From assembly GCA_024278455.1 (NCBI GenBank), contig JAJRTE010000259.1, forward strand, positions 5,775-69,774: 64,000 bases of DNA, written 5' to 3'. Below, one piece after another: positions 1 to 10,318 of this stretch; the first letter of the stretch is position 1; the number at the start of each line of letters is the position of its first letter. The DNA is from Myxococcota bacterium. GTDB lineage: Bacteria > Myxococcota_A > UBA796 > JAJRTE01. The position numbers and the translations under genes are program-made. The notes under the pieces are model-generated. The model was given only the letters and a program-made list of their open reading frames with translations, made no database searches and had not been told where the DNA came from.

Positions 1-1
1 C

Positions 2-124
2 GCCGCCGCCGAGCAGGTCGCAACCCTCGAACGCGCCCTTGCCGAGGTGCACAACAGCGCCACCTGGCGCACTTTGGCACCTTTTCACCGCATGCTCACC
101 CGCGTGGCAGGCAAGAGAAGGTAG
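2..124 (+). CDS. 3' end of a CDS truncated by the window edge; coiled-coil tail typical of polysaccharide glycosyl/methyltransferases
   Basis: Frame reads AAAEQVATLERALAEVHNSATWRTLAPFHRMLTRVAGKRR*; the S-x-[ST]-W-R-x-x-A-P tail is common on such proteins. Confidence 0.5.
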   Translation, partial: AAAEQVATLERALAEVHNSATWRTLAPFHRMLTRVAGKRR

Positions 125-205
125 CACACGCGGGTGCGAGCGCGGTCGCGGCGTTTGCACCGTTGGAGTTGTCAGTCCTTTGGTTGACGATACGAAAAAA
201 GATGT

Positions 206-234
206 TTGACGCACGACCCGGTTCATGTTATTGT
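206..234 (+). promoter_or_regulatory. sigma70-type promoter
   Basis: TTGACG-17nt-TATTGT with extended -10 TG, in an AT-rich patch. Confidence 0.6.
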
Positions 235-500
235 GTGAATGGAATCCGGTGGTAGTAGCACTGTAACTCCGCCAGCGCAGTGGGGCGGATGACAGGTCGT
301 GGCGCGCAACTCGCACCGAGGTCGCTCGCCGACCGGCAGTACCTTGCCTGCCCGGTGCTTCCCCGGTGTGCGTGCCGCGCAACGTGACAACTGGTCGGAC
401 CACGCCGTCTTGCAGCGAGCAGCTTCCACGGGAGTCAAAACTAAGATCTGGTACGGGCGAGCCGAAGGAAAGGGTGGAGTCTTGAACAAGGGGAAGTGCC

Positions 501-1172
501 ATGCGACACTGCCGCAATTGCTTTGTCCTGAACCGACAGGACGCGGTGCACTGTGCCAAATGCGGATCGCTCGTTGGCGATCCTGGAGCGCAGTCGGGCA
601 CTATCCAGCCCAGTTCGGAACCATTTCCCACCCGGCCATCTCACGAGCCATCTCTCGTGCCCTTCGAGCCGCCGGATGCCTCGAGGGGGCTGGTGTCCAG
701 AACGCTGATGTATGCCATTGGCCTGGTCCTCCTGTTCCCCGTGCCGTTGCTTCTCAGCGTGGAATGGGATGGGGCTAATGCTCGACCCGAACGCGCCGAG
801 GAACGACGCCCCAACGCCCCCCTGCAACGGCGGCACCAGCGCATTCTCGAAGCCGCGGCCAGGCTCCAGCAGCAACTGGCGAGGCTCGAGGGCCTGCTTG
901 CCGGCGGTCGATTCACGGAACGTCGCGATCGAGACGCAGCCCTTTCCGAGTGGCAAGACGAGATGGAACGCATCAAGGCCGAGTATCGAATCTGGGGTGT
1001 CGTTGATGTACAACACCCGGATGCGACAGCAGAAGACGCGCTTCGGAACGCCCTCCTCTACCTTCACTCGCTCAAGCATTTGGCCATGAACGACCCCAAC
1101 TGGCAGACCAGCGCAGAGTTCTCCCGCCTCCGGGGCGACTTCGAATCCAGTCTCGCGACTGCCGTCCGGTAG
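501..1172 (+). CDS. zinc-ribbon membrane protein, hypothetical
   Basis: N-terminal CRNC...CAKC, one hydrophobic segment, helical C-terminus; purine-rich RBS before ATG. Confidence 0.7.
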   Translation: MRHCRNCFVLNRQDAVHCAKCGSLVGDPGAQSGTIQPSSEPFPTRPSHEPSLVPFEPPDASRGLVSRTLMYAIGLVLLFPVPLLLSVEWDGANARPERAEERRPNAPLQRRHQRILEAAARLQQQLARLEGLLAGGRFTERRDRDAALSEWQDEMERIKAEYRIWGVVDVQHPDATAEDALRNALLYLHSLKHLAMNDPNWQTSAEFSRLRGDFESSLATAVR

Positions 1173-1248
1173 CCCGGCCGCCGCGTTTCGCGCTCGTGCC
1201 AGGCGACCCCGCCCGCCCGACGGGGATCCTCCCGGCGCCCGCCGGACG

Positions 1249-3519
1249 TCACTGTTCCTGACTTCTGCCCCTGGCACGAAACACCAAGATGATGTCGCTC
1301 GAGTTCGTCCCATGGTCCGCTGTGACTCTTTTGAGGGTATCCATTTCGATACCGTAGACCAGTTCCCACGAGAGAGGGAGGGAGAGCAGCGGATCGACGC
1401 CGATAGTTCCCGGACCTCTGAATTCGTTCGAGTCGCTGGCGATGACATACACCATCCGTTCGACAGCCGCCGGGGGCGATTGAACCAGGCTGCGGCACCG
1501 GCTGTCGCGTTCCGTCCCGCCCTGGAACGCGTTGGCCCAACGCCTGTCCTCCGGGCGAAGCAGGTAGACCCCCAGCGCCGTGCAGTCATGCACCCGGGCA
1601 TCGAGAGGGACCTCCGCCGCAATCCATTCGGCGACGCGCTGCACGGCAACGGAACGGCTGACGTGGCTCTCGAGGTTGGCGACACCCAGGTAGCCGCGAA
1701 GAGAAGCGAAGTCCAAGCTGGGCTTGAGCCACAGGGTCGGCACCCCGGTGAACAGCGACACGCACAGACAACCGCAGAACCAGGCCACGAGGATGTTCTC
1801 GATGGCTCGCATCACCGGCTCTCGTCCCCTCAGCCATTGCCGAACCAGGACGTTCACACCGTGTACCACGGCGATGGATACCGGCGGGATGACGGGGACC
1901 AGGTAGCGCGTGTGGAGATTGAGACTCAAGGGACCCCAGAGCGGGACGATGGCTGCCAAGACCACCCATCCTGCAGCGCGGCGGGCCCTCGAGCGCGGGT
2001 TCAGCGGGATCACCCAGCCCACGACGCCCAGCCCGGCCAGGAACGCCAGCACGACGTTCACTCCCGGGAACCTGTCTCCGAGCACCCGCAGGTTGCCCCG
2101 TACCCGGACGCCAACGGGCGGGATGGTCGTGTCCGGGACGACCTCCGCGTCAAGGACCCACCGATCCCCCTCGCGATGCCGCCCCAGGCGCACGATGTCC
2201 TGGTCCGGGGGCGCCAGGGCCACAGCGGCAAAACTTTCGATTTCTCCACCTCGCATGAAGTGGGGAAGAAACCGGGAAAGGGGCGATGGATTCTCAAGAT
2301 CCGGCTCCCGCACCACCGGCCATCGGTAGGGCATGTCCCGGTGAACCTCCTGCCGGTTGATAGCGACCATGGAACCCAGGGACGGGTACGACACCGGATA
2401 GACCAGCGTCAGCGCCGACGACGCGACGAAGGGTGCGACCACGGCGGCGCCTCGCAGCAGCCGGCCCCTCCATCCCCGGGCGACAGCCAGGGCTACCACG
2501 ACGATGACCACGACGGTGACGACGCCCTTGGTCTGGATCTGGACACAGAACGCGCCAGCGAGCCCCAGGAGAAAGAAGTGGCCAGGGCGATCGCTGCTGG
2601 CGGCCCAGGTCCCGGCTGCAAGGGTCAGCGCCACGGACAGGGCGAACAGACCATAGCTCCCCGTGTAGATCGCGAAAGGATGAAGCAGTGGGATCGACAA
2701 TACCAGGAGCGAGGCCAGGACCCCCGAGAAGCGACCGGCGACAGGAACGGCAGCAAGATAGGTCGCGCCGGGTATCAGCGCAACCGAGACGAAGGAGACG
2801 AACTGCCCTGCCTCGAGGAACGACGTGTGTGCCAGTCCTGCCCAGGTCGCCGCCAGCCACGGGTAGGGAAGCCGCTTGGCGCCATTGTAGATGTCCCAGC
2901 GTTCCATGCCGGCGGAAACGATGTTCGCCAGGAACGTGACATAATCCGAGCCCACGCAGGCCGATGTGGGGTTGGCCTCTTGACGAAAGGCCGCCAACAA
3001 CGCGGCGGCAACACCGAACAGCGCCAGGACGAGGATACCGTCCACCCACACCAGGCGAGCAGGGAGCAGCGCCGCTGCAGCACGCTCGAGCACCGTCGCC
3101 ACAAGGCCTTTCCCGTGCTCAAGGGCGCTTCGGCTCTCTGCAAGACGGTTCGCCACGCCACGCCGCTCGCCAGCAGACCGCTGCCCGCGGGACTCGAGGC
3201 GAGCCCGTCCCCACCGGAAGGCTTGCCGGCCCCGCACCAGGATAGCCAGCAAGCACAACACCAGCCCCAGGTTCAACAGCGGGTAGTAGAGCGGCGCATG
3301 CCAGGAAAGGAAGATGGAATGAATGGGCTGGCGCTGGTTCTGCCAGTGGACGGTCAGAAGCAAGACGGCGCCCACGACCGACAGCCCGAACTGGACGAAC
3401 GGCCAGGCCCTCGCGCACGAAACCCCTCCGCCCGCGGCCCCTCGCGCGCCAGCGGAACTCCGCAGCCGTCGTGTCCATCGAGCCCAGAGTCTCCGTGTCC
3501 CGCGATTCTGTTGCAGCAT
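1249..3519 (-). CDS. polytopic membrane protein, probable GT-C (ArnT/PMT-like) glycosyltransferase
   Basis: 756-aa ORF with more than 10 TM segments, an SDY...KRLPYPWL loop and a late TRYLVP motif; start uncertain. Confidence 0.6.
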   Translation of the reverse strand: MLQQNRGTRRLWARWTRRLRSSAGARGAAGGGVSCARAWPFVQFGLSVVGAVLLLTVHWQNQRQPIHSIFLSWHAPLYYPLLNLGLVLCLLAILVRGRQAFRWGRARLESRGQRSAGERRGVANRLAESRSALEHGKGLVATVLERAAAALLPARLVWVDGILVLALFGVAAALLAAFRQEANPTSACVGSDYVTFLANIVSAGMERWDIYNGAKRLPYPWLAATWAGLAHTSFLEAGQFVSFVSVALIPGATYLAAVPVAGRFSGVLASLLVLSIPLLHPFAIYTGSYGLFALSVALTLAAGTWAASSDRPGHFFLLGLAGAFCVQIQTKGVVTVVVIVVVALAVARGWRGRLLRGAAVVAPFVASSALTLVYPVSYPSLGSMVAINRQEVHRDMPYRWPVVREPDLENPSPLSRFLPHFMRGGEIESFAAVALAPPDQDIVRLGRHREGDRWVLDAEVVPDTTIPPVGVRVRGNLRVLGDRFPGVNVVLAFLAGLGVVGWVIPLNPRSRARRAAGWVVLAAIVPLWGPLSLNLHTRYLVPVIPPVSIAVVHGVNVLVRQWLRGREPVMRAIENILVAWFCGCLCVSLFTGVPTLWLKPSLDFASLRGYLGVANLESHVSRSVAVQRVAEWIAAEVPLDARVHDCTALGVYLLRPEDRRWANAFQGGTERDSRCRSLVQSPPAAVERMVYVIASDSNEFRGPGTIGVDPLLSLPLSWELVYGIEMDTLKRVTADHGTNSSDIILVFRARGRSQEQ

Positions 3520-3764
3520 GTCACACCGGTGGCTACAGCTTCGGGATCCGGAGCGTTTTGCTGACCATCAGCGTCCCGGAAACGGCGCACGCGCCAAGAT
3601 GTCAGCCTATCACCCGCGCCTGCCGCGCTCAAGGGGTTTCAGGCTCCTACGGTGGAAACCAGGGGGGCACCACGGACTCTCCGGCACACAATTCGCTGGG
3701 GTGGAGACCTCGATCGAGTATGATACGGAAAAGGGGGGTCCCAAGCGAATGGTGTGCGTGTCTC

Positions 3765-4910
3765 ATGCCGTCTTCCAACTCGAAGCTCCCGCTGTCGCGC
3801 AAGATCCTGTTCTCCGGAATGGCGACACTGCTCTCGCTGCTCCTGGTAGAGGGTGTCTGCCGGCTGCTCGAGCCCCACTTCTTCCCCTGGCACAGGACGG
3901 TCCCCTTGCCTGCTCCGGCAGCACCGGGGTCCGACGAACTGCGCCGGGAACTCGCCCGGATTCGCAATGAAGCGCCGCCCGAACTCTCGAATCACATCCC
4001 CATCCCGCTGGCGGAAGACCCTGATCGCGGATGGGCGCTCGAGCCCAACACCCGTTTCGAGATGGACGGGATCGGCTTCCGGGTCAATTCCGAGGGCCTG
4101 CGAGGGGGGGAGATTCCCCCGCTCGAGTCCGGGGAAGTACGCCTGTTCACCCTGGGAGACTCGAGCATCTACGGCTCTTCCGTGCGGGAAAACGAGGTCT
4201 TCTCCAGCGTGACGGCGGCCATCCTGTCCCGCGCGTGGCGGCGAAAGGTGGTCGGCATCATCGGCGCCGTTCCGGGACACGACTCGCGACAGTCCCTGGA
4301 GACGTTGCGGTTGCTGGGCAGAAAGGTCCAGCCCGCGTGGGTGGTGATAGGCAACCTCTGGAGCGACGTGTACCGCGGCGACGGCGCACACGACATCGTG
4401 GACGACCTGGCCTATCTACCGCCCATGAAACAGCGTCTCCGGGGGTACGCTACCTACCGGCTCCTGTGGCAACTGCTTTCCCCGTGGCTCAGCACACGGG
4501 AAGTACGCTGGATCCAGTCCAGGGAGGACGTGGGCAGCCTGGAAGCAGGGCCATCGACTCGAGTCCCTCTCGAGGAGTACGTCGCCAACCTGCGGGCCAT
4601 TGTGACGGAATCCGAGGCGCTGGGGGCTCGAGTCGCGTTCCTCGTACTGCCTGCGCCCATGGATTTCGACCAGGTTCCTCCCCCGTTGGCCGTACAGGCG
4701 TATCGATATGCCATGCGCAGCCTGGCCGAGCGCGAAGATGCGCCGATCGTGGACGGGCCGGCATTGTTCAAGGAAGCGCGCGTTCCCATGACCTATTTCC
4801 TGGACAACGTGCACCCCGCTTCCGAAGGCCATCGCCTGCTCGGCGAAGCCCTCGCCCGCGAACTCCTGGCCGTCGGCCCTCCTCCCCCCAGACACTCGCT
4901 CTACCAATAA
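3765..4910 (+). CDS. membrane-anchored SGNH/GDSL hydrolase
   Basis: N-terminal TM, NSEGLRG, LGDSSIYG block I, DNVHP catalytic DxxH; start set at ATG 3765. Confidence 0.85.
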   Translation: MPSSNSKLPLSRKILFSGMATLLSLLLVEGVCRLLEPHFFPWHRTVPLPAPAAPGSDELRRELARIRNEAPPELSNHIPIPLAEDPDRGWALEPNTRFEMDGIGFRVNSEGLRGGEIPPLESGEVRLFTLGDSSIYGSSVRENEVFSSVTAAILSRAWRRKVVGIIGAVPGHDSRQSLETLRLLGRKVQPAWVVIGNLWSDVYRGDGAHDIVDDLAYLPPMKQRLRGYATYRLLWQLLSPWLSTREVRWIQSREDVGSLEAGPSTRVPLEEYVANLRAIVTESEALGARVAFLVLPAPMDFDQVPPPLAVQAYRYAMRSLAEREDAPIVDGPALFKEARVPMTYFLDNVHPASEGHRLLGEALARELLAVGPPPPRHSLYQ

Positions 4911-4931
4911 GGTTGACCGCAAGTGCTCGGG

Positions 4932-5061
4932 CTCGGGCTTTGGACCACCACGCGGCTGGAACCCGCGTCCACGCTGCTCTGTCCTCCTGGGTCGGTCGCG
5001 ACCGATCGGTACTCGGCCTCGTGCTCGTACTCGTGCTCGCGCTTTGGACCACCACGCGGCT
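4932..5061. repeat. pair of about 26-bp direct repeats, each preceded by CTCG-type hexamers
   Basis: ctcg[g/c]gctttggaccaccacgcggct at 4932-4957 and 5036-5061. Confidence 0.75.
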
Positions 5062-5305
5062 TCATCCGGTCTCCCAAGCTGTGGAAGGGGCAGGCCGAAG
5101 GGGCGGACGCCACCTGCTCGTGTCTCAACATACCACGCCAGGTGACCTGCACGGCGAGCCGGTGGGCTTCGACACCAAGGTGCCTGCCTGGGCCGGCTCG
5201 ATGGCGCAGATCCGGACGGGATGAAGACGAACGACGTGTCGACGTTGTCGATTGCGCGGTAGAAACGAGGCGGGGGAAGAAGCGCCGGAGCGCCCGGCAG
5301 GCGTC

Positions 5306-6271
5306 CTACTTGACGACGAGGAGAGAGGCGTCCGCGCTCACATTGATACCGATGGAGAAGCCCGGGTCACCGTTCACCGTGACGTCGGAGTAGTCCTCCA
5401 TCGCGGTCGAGATTTCCGAGACGAGGGCGTCGACATCCAGATCGACCCCCTCGGGGAGTGTATTCGCGACCTGATTGAGCACGTCCGAGATGAGCTGGAC
5501 AATGTCGTCGATCATGATGGCGCCACCGAACATCATGTTCCTGAGAGAGACGTCGTTGTACTGCTCGACCGTACTCTTCGCCCCCGCGAGGACGATAACG
5601 AGTTCGTAGGCGTTTTCAGCGGGAACAGCGGACTGAGACGGAACCGATGCCGTCTCGAAAACGAATGTCAGGCCGATGTCGCCCGCGAATTCACCCGTCT
5701 TGGTGGTCATGTCCAGCGTTCCTGTCTGCTCCCCGAGCACGGATCCGGTCTTCGATGTGTCTACCTCGAAGCTGCCACCGGGCTGCATTTCCGCGTTGTA
5801 CCAAGTGAGGAGGACACTGCCATCCACTTGTTGCGCAAACTCGAGCATGTAGTTGGTCTGGAAGCTGTCGATGGGCACGTTGAGGGCGGCGCTCATTGCA
5901 TCGACTGTGAACACGCTCGACAAGGCCTCGGTCATGATCGTCGAGACGATATCGATGGTCTGCGAGTTGACGCCTGCGTCTTCCAGTGTGGTCGCGACAG
6001 TACTCACCGTGGAGTCGATGATACCTTCCAAAGTGGTCTCGATCGCGTTGTCGATCTGTCCGTCGCCGTCGATATCGACACCTTCGTTCGCTGAGCCAAT
6101 CTCCATTTCGATTACCCGGAAGGTATCCTCGAAGGGTTCCGGCGTGGGGGATGGCGCCGGGGTTGCCGAGCTGTCATCGTCATCTCCTCCCCCGGAACAC
6201 CCAACCAGCCCCGATCCGACGAACAACGCCAGCACAAATAGGAAACTCCTCAAAGAAATACGTCGATCCAT
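5306..6271 (-). CDS. acidic lipoprotein, hypothetical
   Basis: AGGAG RBS, lipobox LVGC then GGGDDDDSSATP, and DIDGDG Ca-binding-like motif. Confidence 0.8.
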   Translation of the reverse strand: MDRRISLRSFLFVLALFVGSGLVGCSGGGDDDDSSATPAPSPTPEPFEDTFRVIEMEIGSANEGVDIDGDGQIDNAIETTLEGIIDSTVSTVATTLEDAGVNSQTIDIVSTIMTEALSSVFTVDAMSAALNVPIDSFQTNYMLEFAQQVDGSVLLTWYNAEMQPGGSFEVDTSKTGSVLGEQTGTLDMTTKTGEFAGDIGLTFVFETASVPSQSAVPAENAYELVIVLAGAKSTVEQYNDVSLRNMMFGGAIMIDDIVQLISDVLNQVANTLPEGVDLDVDALVSEISTAMEDYSDVTVNGDPGFSIGINVSADASLLVVK

Positions 6272-6594
6272 TTGCTCGCTCCTTTGCACTTTGGTCGCGT
6301 GCCCCTTTCGCCAGTGGGCCCATCCGGTCGCGAACGCACTCACGAGCCCCCTGAAAGCACCACCGCAATTTGTTCAGACACCAACTCGAGCCGGTGCATG
6401 GTCTGAGACCCCGGCCCATTCTGTCTTCCAGCAACCGCTTTCCGCTCCAACGTTGCTTTCAGTCCATACCCTGCTTATACCACACCTGACCGTGGGACGG
6501 AAAAGGAATACCCGCACGCTGAAAATCTAGGTACCAGACCCGGGCTATGAAGTCAACCGCGTTCTCGACAGGAACCATCAAAACTACAACCTAG

Positions 6595-7194
6595 CTAGAG
6601 TTCCCGGCGATTGTCAAGCGCCTTTTGTATCGTCGCATGGTCCACGTACTCCAGCTCCGACCCGACCGGAATGCCGTGTGCCAACCGGGTGACCTTGATC
6701 CCGAGAGGTCGTATCAACCTGGCCAGGTAGAGCGCGGTGGCGTCTCCCTCGACGTCCGGGTCCGTCGCCATGATGACCTCCTTGACGGCATCGTCCGCCA
6801 GCCTTCGCAACAGCTCCGGTATCTTCAGATCGTTCGGACCTATGCCATCCAGCGGCGACAGTGCTCCGTGCAACACATGGTAACGGCCACGGAAATCCCG
6901 CCCGCGCTCGATGGCAACGATGTCGCTCGGTCGTTCGACCACGCACAACAGGTCGTTACGGCGTCTCGTATCGGAACACAACACGCAAGGGTCCACCGCC
7001 GTGAGATTGCAGCACCTCGAGCAATGACGGACCTGGGTCTTGACGTCCAGAAGGGCCTGCGCCAGGTCGCGGACATAAGCTTCAGGCATCTTGATGATGT
7101 GAAACGCGAGCCTCGACGCCGTCTTCTCCCCTATCCCCGGCAGCCGGGACAACTGGTGCGCCAACCGCTGGATGGGGTTTCGTCTCTCGTCCAT
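6595..7194 (-). CDS. recR: recombination mediator RecR
   Basis: LPGIGEKTA HhH, C4 zinc finger, YHVLHG, Toprim EGDATA, GIPVG. Confidence 0.98.
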   Translation of the reverse strand: MDERRNPIQRLAHQLSRLPGIGEKTASRLAFHIIKMPEAYVRDLAQALLDVKTQVRHCSRCCNLTAVDPCVLCSDTRRRNDLLCVVERPSDIVAIERGRDFRGRYHVLHGALSPLDGIGPNDLKIPELLRRLADDAVKEVIMATDPDVEGDATALYLARLIRPLGIKVTRLAHGIPVGSELEYVDHATIQKALDNRREL

Positions 7195-7202
7195 GACCCT
7201 CC

Positions 7203-7526
7203 TCAGCCCGGCAAGCCCCCCCCCAACAACCCGGCCGACATCTCACGGGCCATGCCGGCACGCATGCCGTCCAGTGCCCGATTGACCGCCGCCGCGACAA
7301 GATCCTCGAGCATCTCCGGGTCCCCGGGATCCAACACTTTCGGGTCCAGCTTTACAGAAAGCACCCGGAGGTTGCCGCTCACGACGACTTTCACCGCTCC
7401 ATTGCCGGCCTCAGCCTCGAATTGCCGTCCGGCCATGGTCTCTTCCATGCGCTGAAGCGTCGATTGCATCTCCTGGATCTGCCCGAGCAGATTCTCGAAA
7501 CCGGTCCCGGATGAGTTGTCTTCCAT
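7203..7526 (-). CDS. ybaB: YbaB/EbfC nucleoid-associated protein
   Basis: AGNGAVKV...DPEMLEDLVAAAVN; lies between dnaX and recR; GGAGG RBS. Confidence 0.95.
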   Translation of the reverse strand: MEDNSSGTGFENLLGQIQEMQSTLQRMEETMAGRQFEAEAGNGAVKVVVSGNLRVLSVKLDPKVLDPGDPEMLEDLVAAAVNRALDGMRAGMAREMSAGLLGGGLPG

Positions 7527-7691
7527 GATGCCTCCTGGGGTGCCCACACGACACGGCACCGGCTTCCAGCGCGACACCTGCCGTTCCACCTTGGGCAAGC
7601 CCCTCGCCCCGGTCCTCCCCCCCTGCGCCTCGCGCCCGGGCCAATTCTCCAACCTGCCCTCCCGGCCAGAGCGGACAAGAAAGACTATCTC

Positions 7692-9734
7692 TCAAGGCAG
7701 GCCGATCTTCACATCCATGGCCTTCGGGTCGATCCCGAAGATCTTCATCGCAGCCTGCACGGATGCGTCCTCGAGCAACCCTGCCAGCAATCGCTCCTTG
7801 CGGGCGTTCGCCCGTTCATCTTCTCGCTCCTGGTAGCTCGCGCCGGCTGCATCGCCTTCTTCCAACAACCTGCACGTCACGGTCACATCGCAACCATAAT
7901 AGCGCCGGAGCAAGTCTTGCACTTCACGCAGCTTCAGCTCGCGCCGGACTTTCGGCAGCGCGAACCGTTCCCTGACGCCCAGCACGACGCGGGCAGGCTC
8001 CTCGGAGATCACGCATGCGCCCCTCAGGTAGATTGTCCTGACGGGCGGATCGGTGAGACCGGCCCAGTAGTCCAGGAAACCATACCAGGACTTCTCTCCT
8101 CCGGCCGCTCCACCACCTTCTCCTTCGCTCGACACGGCGGAAGGGGCAACAGGAACCTCGCGGAGATCCGCCGGACCAGTCGACTCCGATGGCGCGTCCG
8201 TCCGGTCCTGGCGGCTTCGCGACGAATCATCCCGCCGGTCGTGTCCGCTTCCTTCACCACGGGTACGCGGCCCGCTCGAGGCCCCAGCCTCGCCACGTTC
8301 AGGCGCCTGGGTCGCGTCTTCCGATCGGCTTCCACGGAAGCGGCCGGATGGAGGCTGCGTGGGGGAGACGGCAGCCTCCTCGCTGGCAGCGCGGGCGACC
8401 TGCTCCCCGTGGGGCCCTACGGCATCATCGTGCGAAGCCGGTACCACGGTTTCCACGGGACGATGCGCCGGGACGGCTTCGCGCGAGGCAGGCTCGTCGA
8501 TACCGACAGTGGTCGCTGCCGGGGGGATCCGCTCCGGAGTCCCTGGCACAGATCGAGGCCGCTGCGGAACGGTGACGACGCCCGCTCGCCTCACGGCTCG
8601 CTCCAGATCCTTGAGGCGCGAGAGGAGGGCATCGAGAGGCTGTGCTGGGCGGGCACGTGCCATCCTCAGAAGGGTCATTTCCAGGGCGAGCCGCGGCGAA
8701 GGGGAACGGCTCACCTCATCGTAGCCCTTCAGGAGCAGATCGAACTGTCTCGAGAGAACCTCGGGCGAGCACCGCTCCGCCATCCGGGAGAGCCTGGAGA
8801 ACTCCTCCGAAGAAACATCCATGAGTCGCTCCGGATTGGCCGCCACCTCGATGACGTTGAGATGGCGGATCATCTCGAGGAGATCTCGAGCGAACGGCCG
8901 GATGTCGAACCCGAACGTGTGTACCTTGTGGACGACCTGGATGCTCCTGTCCGCGTCGCCGGTGAGTACGCCGTCGACGCAATCGAACAGAAGGCTTCTG
9001 TCGAAGAGCCCGAGGACTTCGGCGACCACCTGTTCGTCGATGCGATCGGCGGTGGCGGAGAGCACCTGGTCGAGCAGGCTTTCCGCGTCCCGCATGCTGC
9101 CTTCTGCCTCGCGGCATATCGTCAGCAACGCGGATTCGGTGATCTCGATACCTTCGTTTCCGGCGATTTCTGACAACTTCTCGGCAAGCAGCTTGATGGG
9201 GATCCGTTTGAAATCGAACCGCTGGCACCGGGAGAGAATGGTGTCCGGCAGCTTCTGCGGATCAGTGGTTGCGAAGATGAACACGACGTGGGGGGGCGGC
9301 TCCTCGAGGGTCTTCAAGAGGGCGTTGAACGCCGACGTGGACAGCATGTGGATTTCGTCGATGATGTAGATCCTGCGCCGTCCACTGGATGGAAGGTACC
9401 TGAGTTTCCCTCGCAATTCGCGGATGTCGTCAACGCCCGTGTGGGAAGCGGCGTCGATCTCCTGCACGTCGCTGGCGATGCCGGCGGTGATTTCCTTGCA
9501 CGAGTGGCATTCGTTGCACGGCTCCGGCGTGGGTCCCTGCTCGCAGTTCAGGGCCTTGGCGAGAATCCGCGCGGCCGTTGTCTTTCCGACGCCCCGGGAC
9601 CCGGTGAAAAGGAAGGCGTGATGCACGCGATCGAGCTTGATGGCGTTCTGCAGGGTTCGCGTGACGTGGGTCTGCCCCACGATCTCCTCGAATCGTTGAG
9701 GGCGCCACTTGCGAGCGATCGCGAGGTATGCCAT
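7692..9734 (-). CDS. dnaX: DNA polymerase III subunit gamma/tau
   Basis: ARKWRPQRF, GSRGVGKTT Walker A, IIDEIHML, FNALLKTLEEPP, SRCQRF. Confidence 0.98.
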   Translation of the reverse strand: MAYLAIARKWRPQRFEEIVGQTHVTRTLQNAIKLDRVHHAFLFTGSRGVGKTTAARILAKALNCEQGPTPEPCNECHSCKEITAGIASDVQEIDAASHTGVDDIRELRGKLRYLPSSGRRRIYIIDEIHMLSTSAFNALLKTLEEPPPHVVFIFATTDPQKLPDTILSRCQRFDFKRIPIKLLAEKLSEIAGNEGIEITESALLTICREAEGSMRDAESLLDQVLSATADRIDEQVVAEVLGLFDRSLLFDCVDGVLTGDADRSIQVVHKVHTFGFDIRPFARDLLEMIRHLNVIEVAANPERLMDVSSEEFSRLSRMAERCSPEVLSRQFDLLLKGYDEVSRSPSPRLALEMTLLRMARARPAQPLDALLSRLKDLERAVRRAGVVTVPQRPRSVPGTPERIPPAATTVGIDEPASREAVPAHRPVETVVPASHDDAVGPHGEQVARAASEEAAVSPTQPPSGRFRGSRSEDATQAPERGEAGASSGPRTRGEGSGHDRRDDSSRSRQDRTDAPSESTGPADLREVPVAPSAVSSEGEGGGAAGGEKSWYGFLDYWAGLTDPPVRTIYLRGACVISEEPARVVLGVRERFALPKVRRELKLREVQDLLRRYYGCDVTVTCRLLEEGDAAGASYQEREDERANARKERLLAGLLEDASVQAAMKIFGIDPKAMDVKIGLP

Positions 9735-9793
9735 GGTGCGTGCGGTGCCATGCTCTGTGGTCGGCGACCGCAGGCCCCCTTGCGAGCACTACA

Positions 9794-9890
9794 GATGACC
9801 GGGACACCCGCGCATACTCGAGCCGACTACCGTTGCTTCCTTCCGGACCTGGCGGGGTTCATCGTTCAAGCATCACGGGGCCCGGCCATC
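9794..9890 (-). ncRNA. ffs: signal recognition particle RNA (4.5S)
   Basis: Minus strand has the GCCAGGUCCGGAAGGAAGCAAC helix-8 motif within a long hairpin, directly upstream of dnaX. Confidence 0.93.
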
Positions 9891-9946
9891 AAGACTACTC
9901 GCAAGGGATTCGGTCAACAACCCTTGAGCCAGATGGACAGGTTGTA

Positions 9947-10038
9947 TGGCGGAGAGAGAGGGATTCGAACCCTCGGTACGCTTTTGGCGTACACACGATT
10001 TCCAGTCGTGCTCCTTCGACCAACTCGGACATCTCTCC
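9947..10038 (-). tRNA. tRNA-Ser(GGA)
   Basis: GGAGAGA acceptor stem, anticodon arm CACGA-CTGGAAA-TCGTG, long variable arm, GGTTCGAATCC, encoded CCA. Confidence 0.97.
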
Positions 10039-10092
10039 ACGTACCTGGCACCGACAAGCCTCTCGATTCGCCCCGCCTGTACCAGCCAGGCA

Positions 10093-10120
10093 ATTATAGC
10101 GACCGGGGGACGTTTCTCAA
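10093..10120 (-). promoter_or_regulatory. sigma70 promoter for tRNA-Ser(GGA)/ffs
   Basis: TTGAGA-16nt-TATAAT on the minus strand. Confidence 0.65.
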
Positions 10121-10148
10121 GCAAAAAGCGTCCGCGCCAAGAACTACA

Positions 10149-10239
<91 letters not shown>

Positions 10240-10318
10240 ACATAACGTGTCGCCGGCACGACATGCACGCCGGTCAACTCGAGCAACGTCCGGCCGTGTC
10301 CGCCCTCCATCGCTACCA

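Noticed and set aside
1312-3564. 750-aa plus-strand ORF
   Set aside because: Shadow of the minus-strand membrane glycosyltransferase
7692-9734. Programmed frameshift in dnaX
   Set aside because: No A-AAA-AAG or poly-A slippery site was seen
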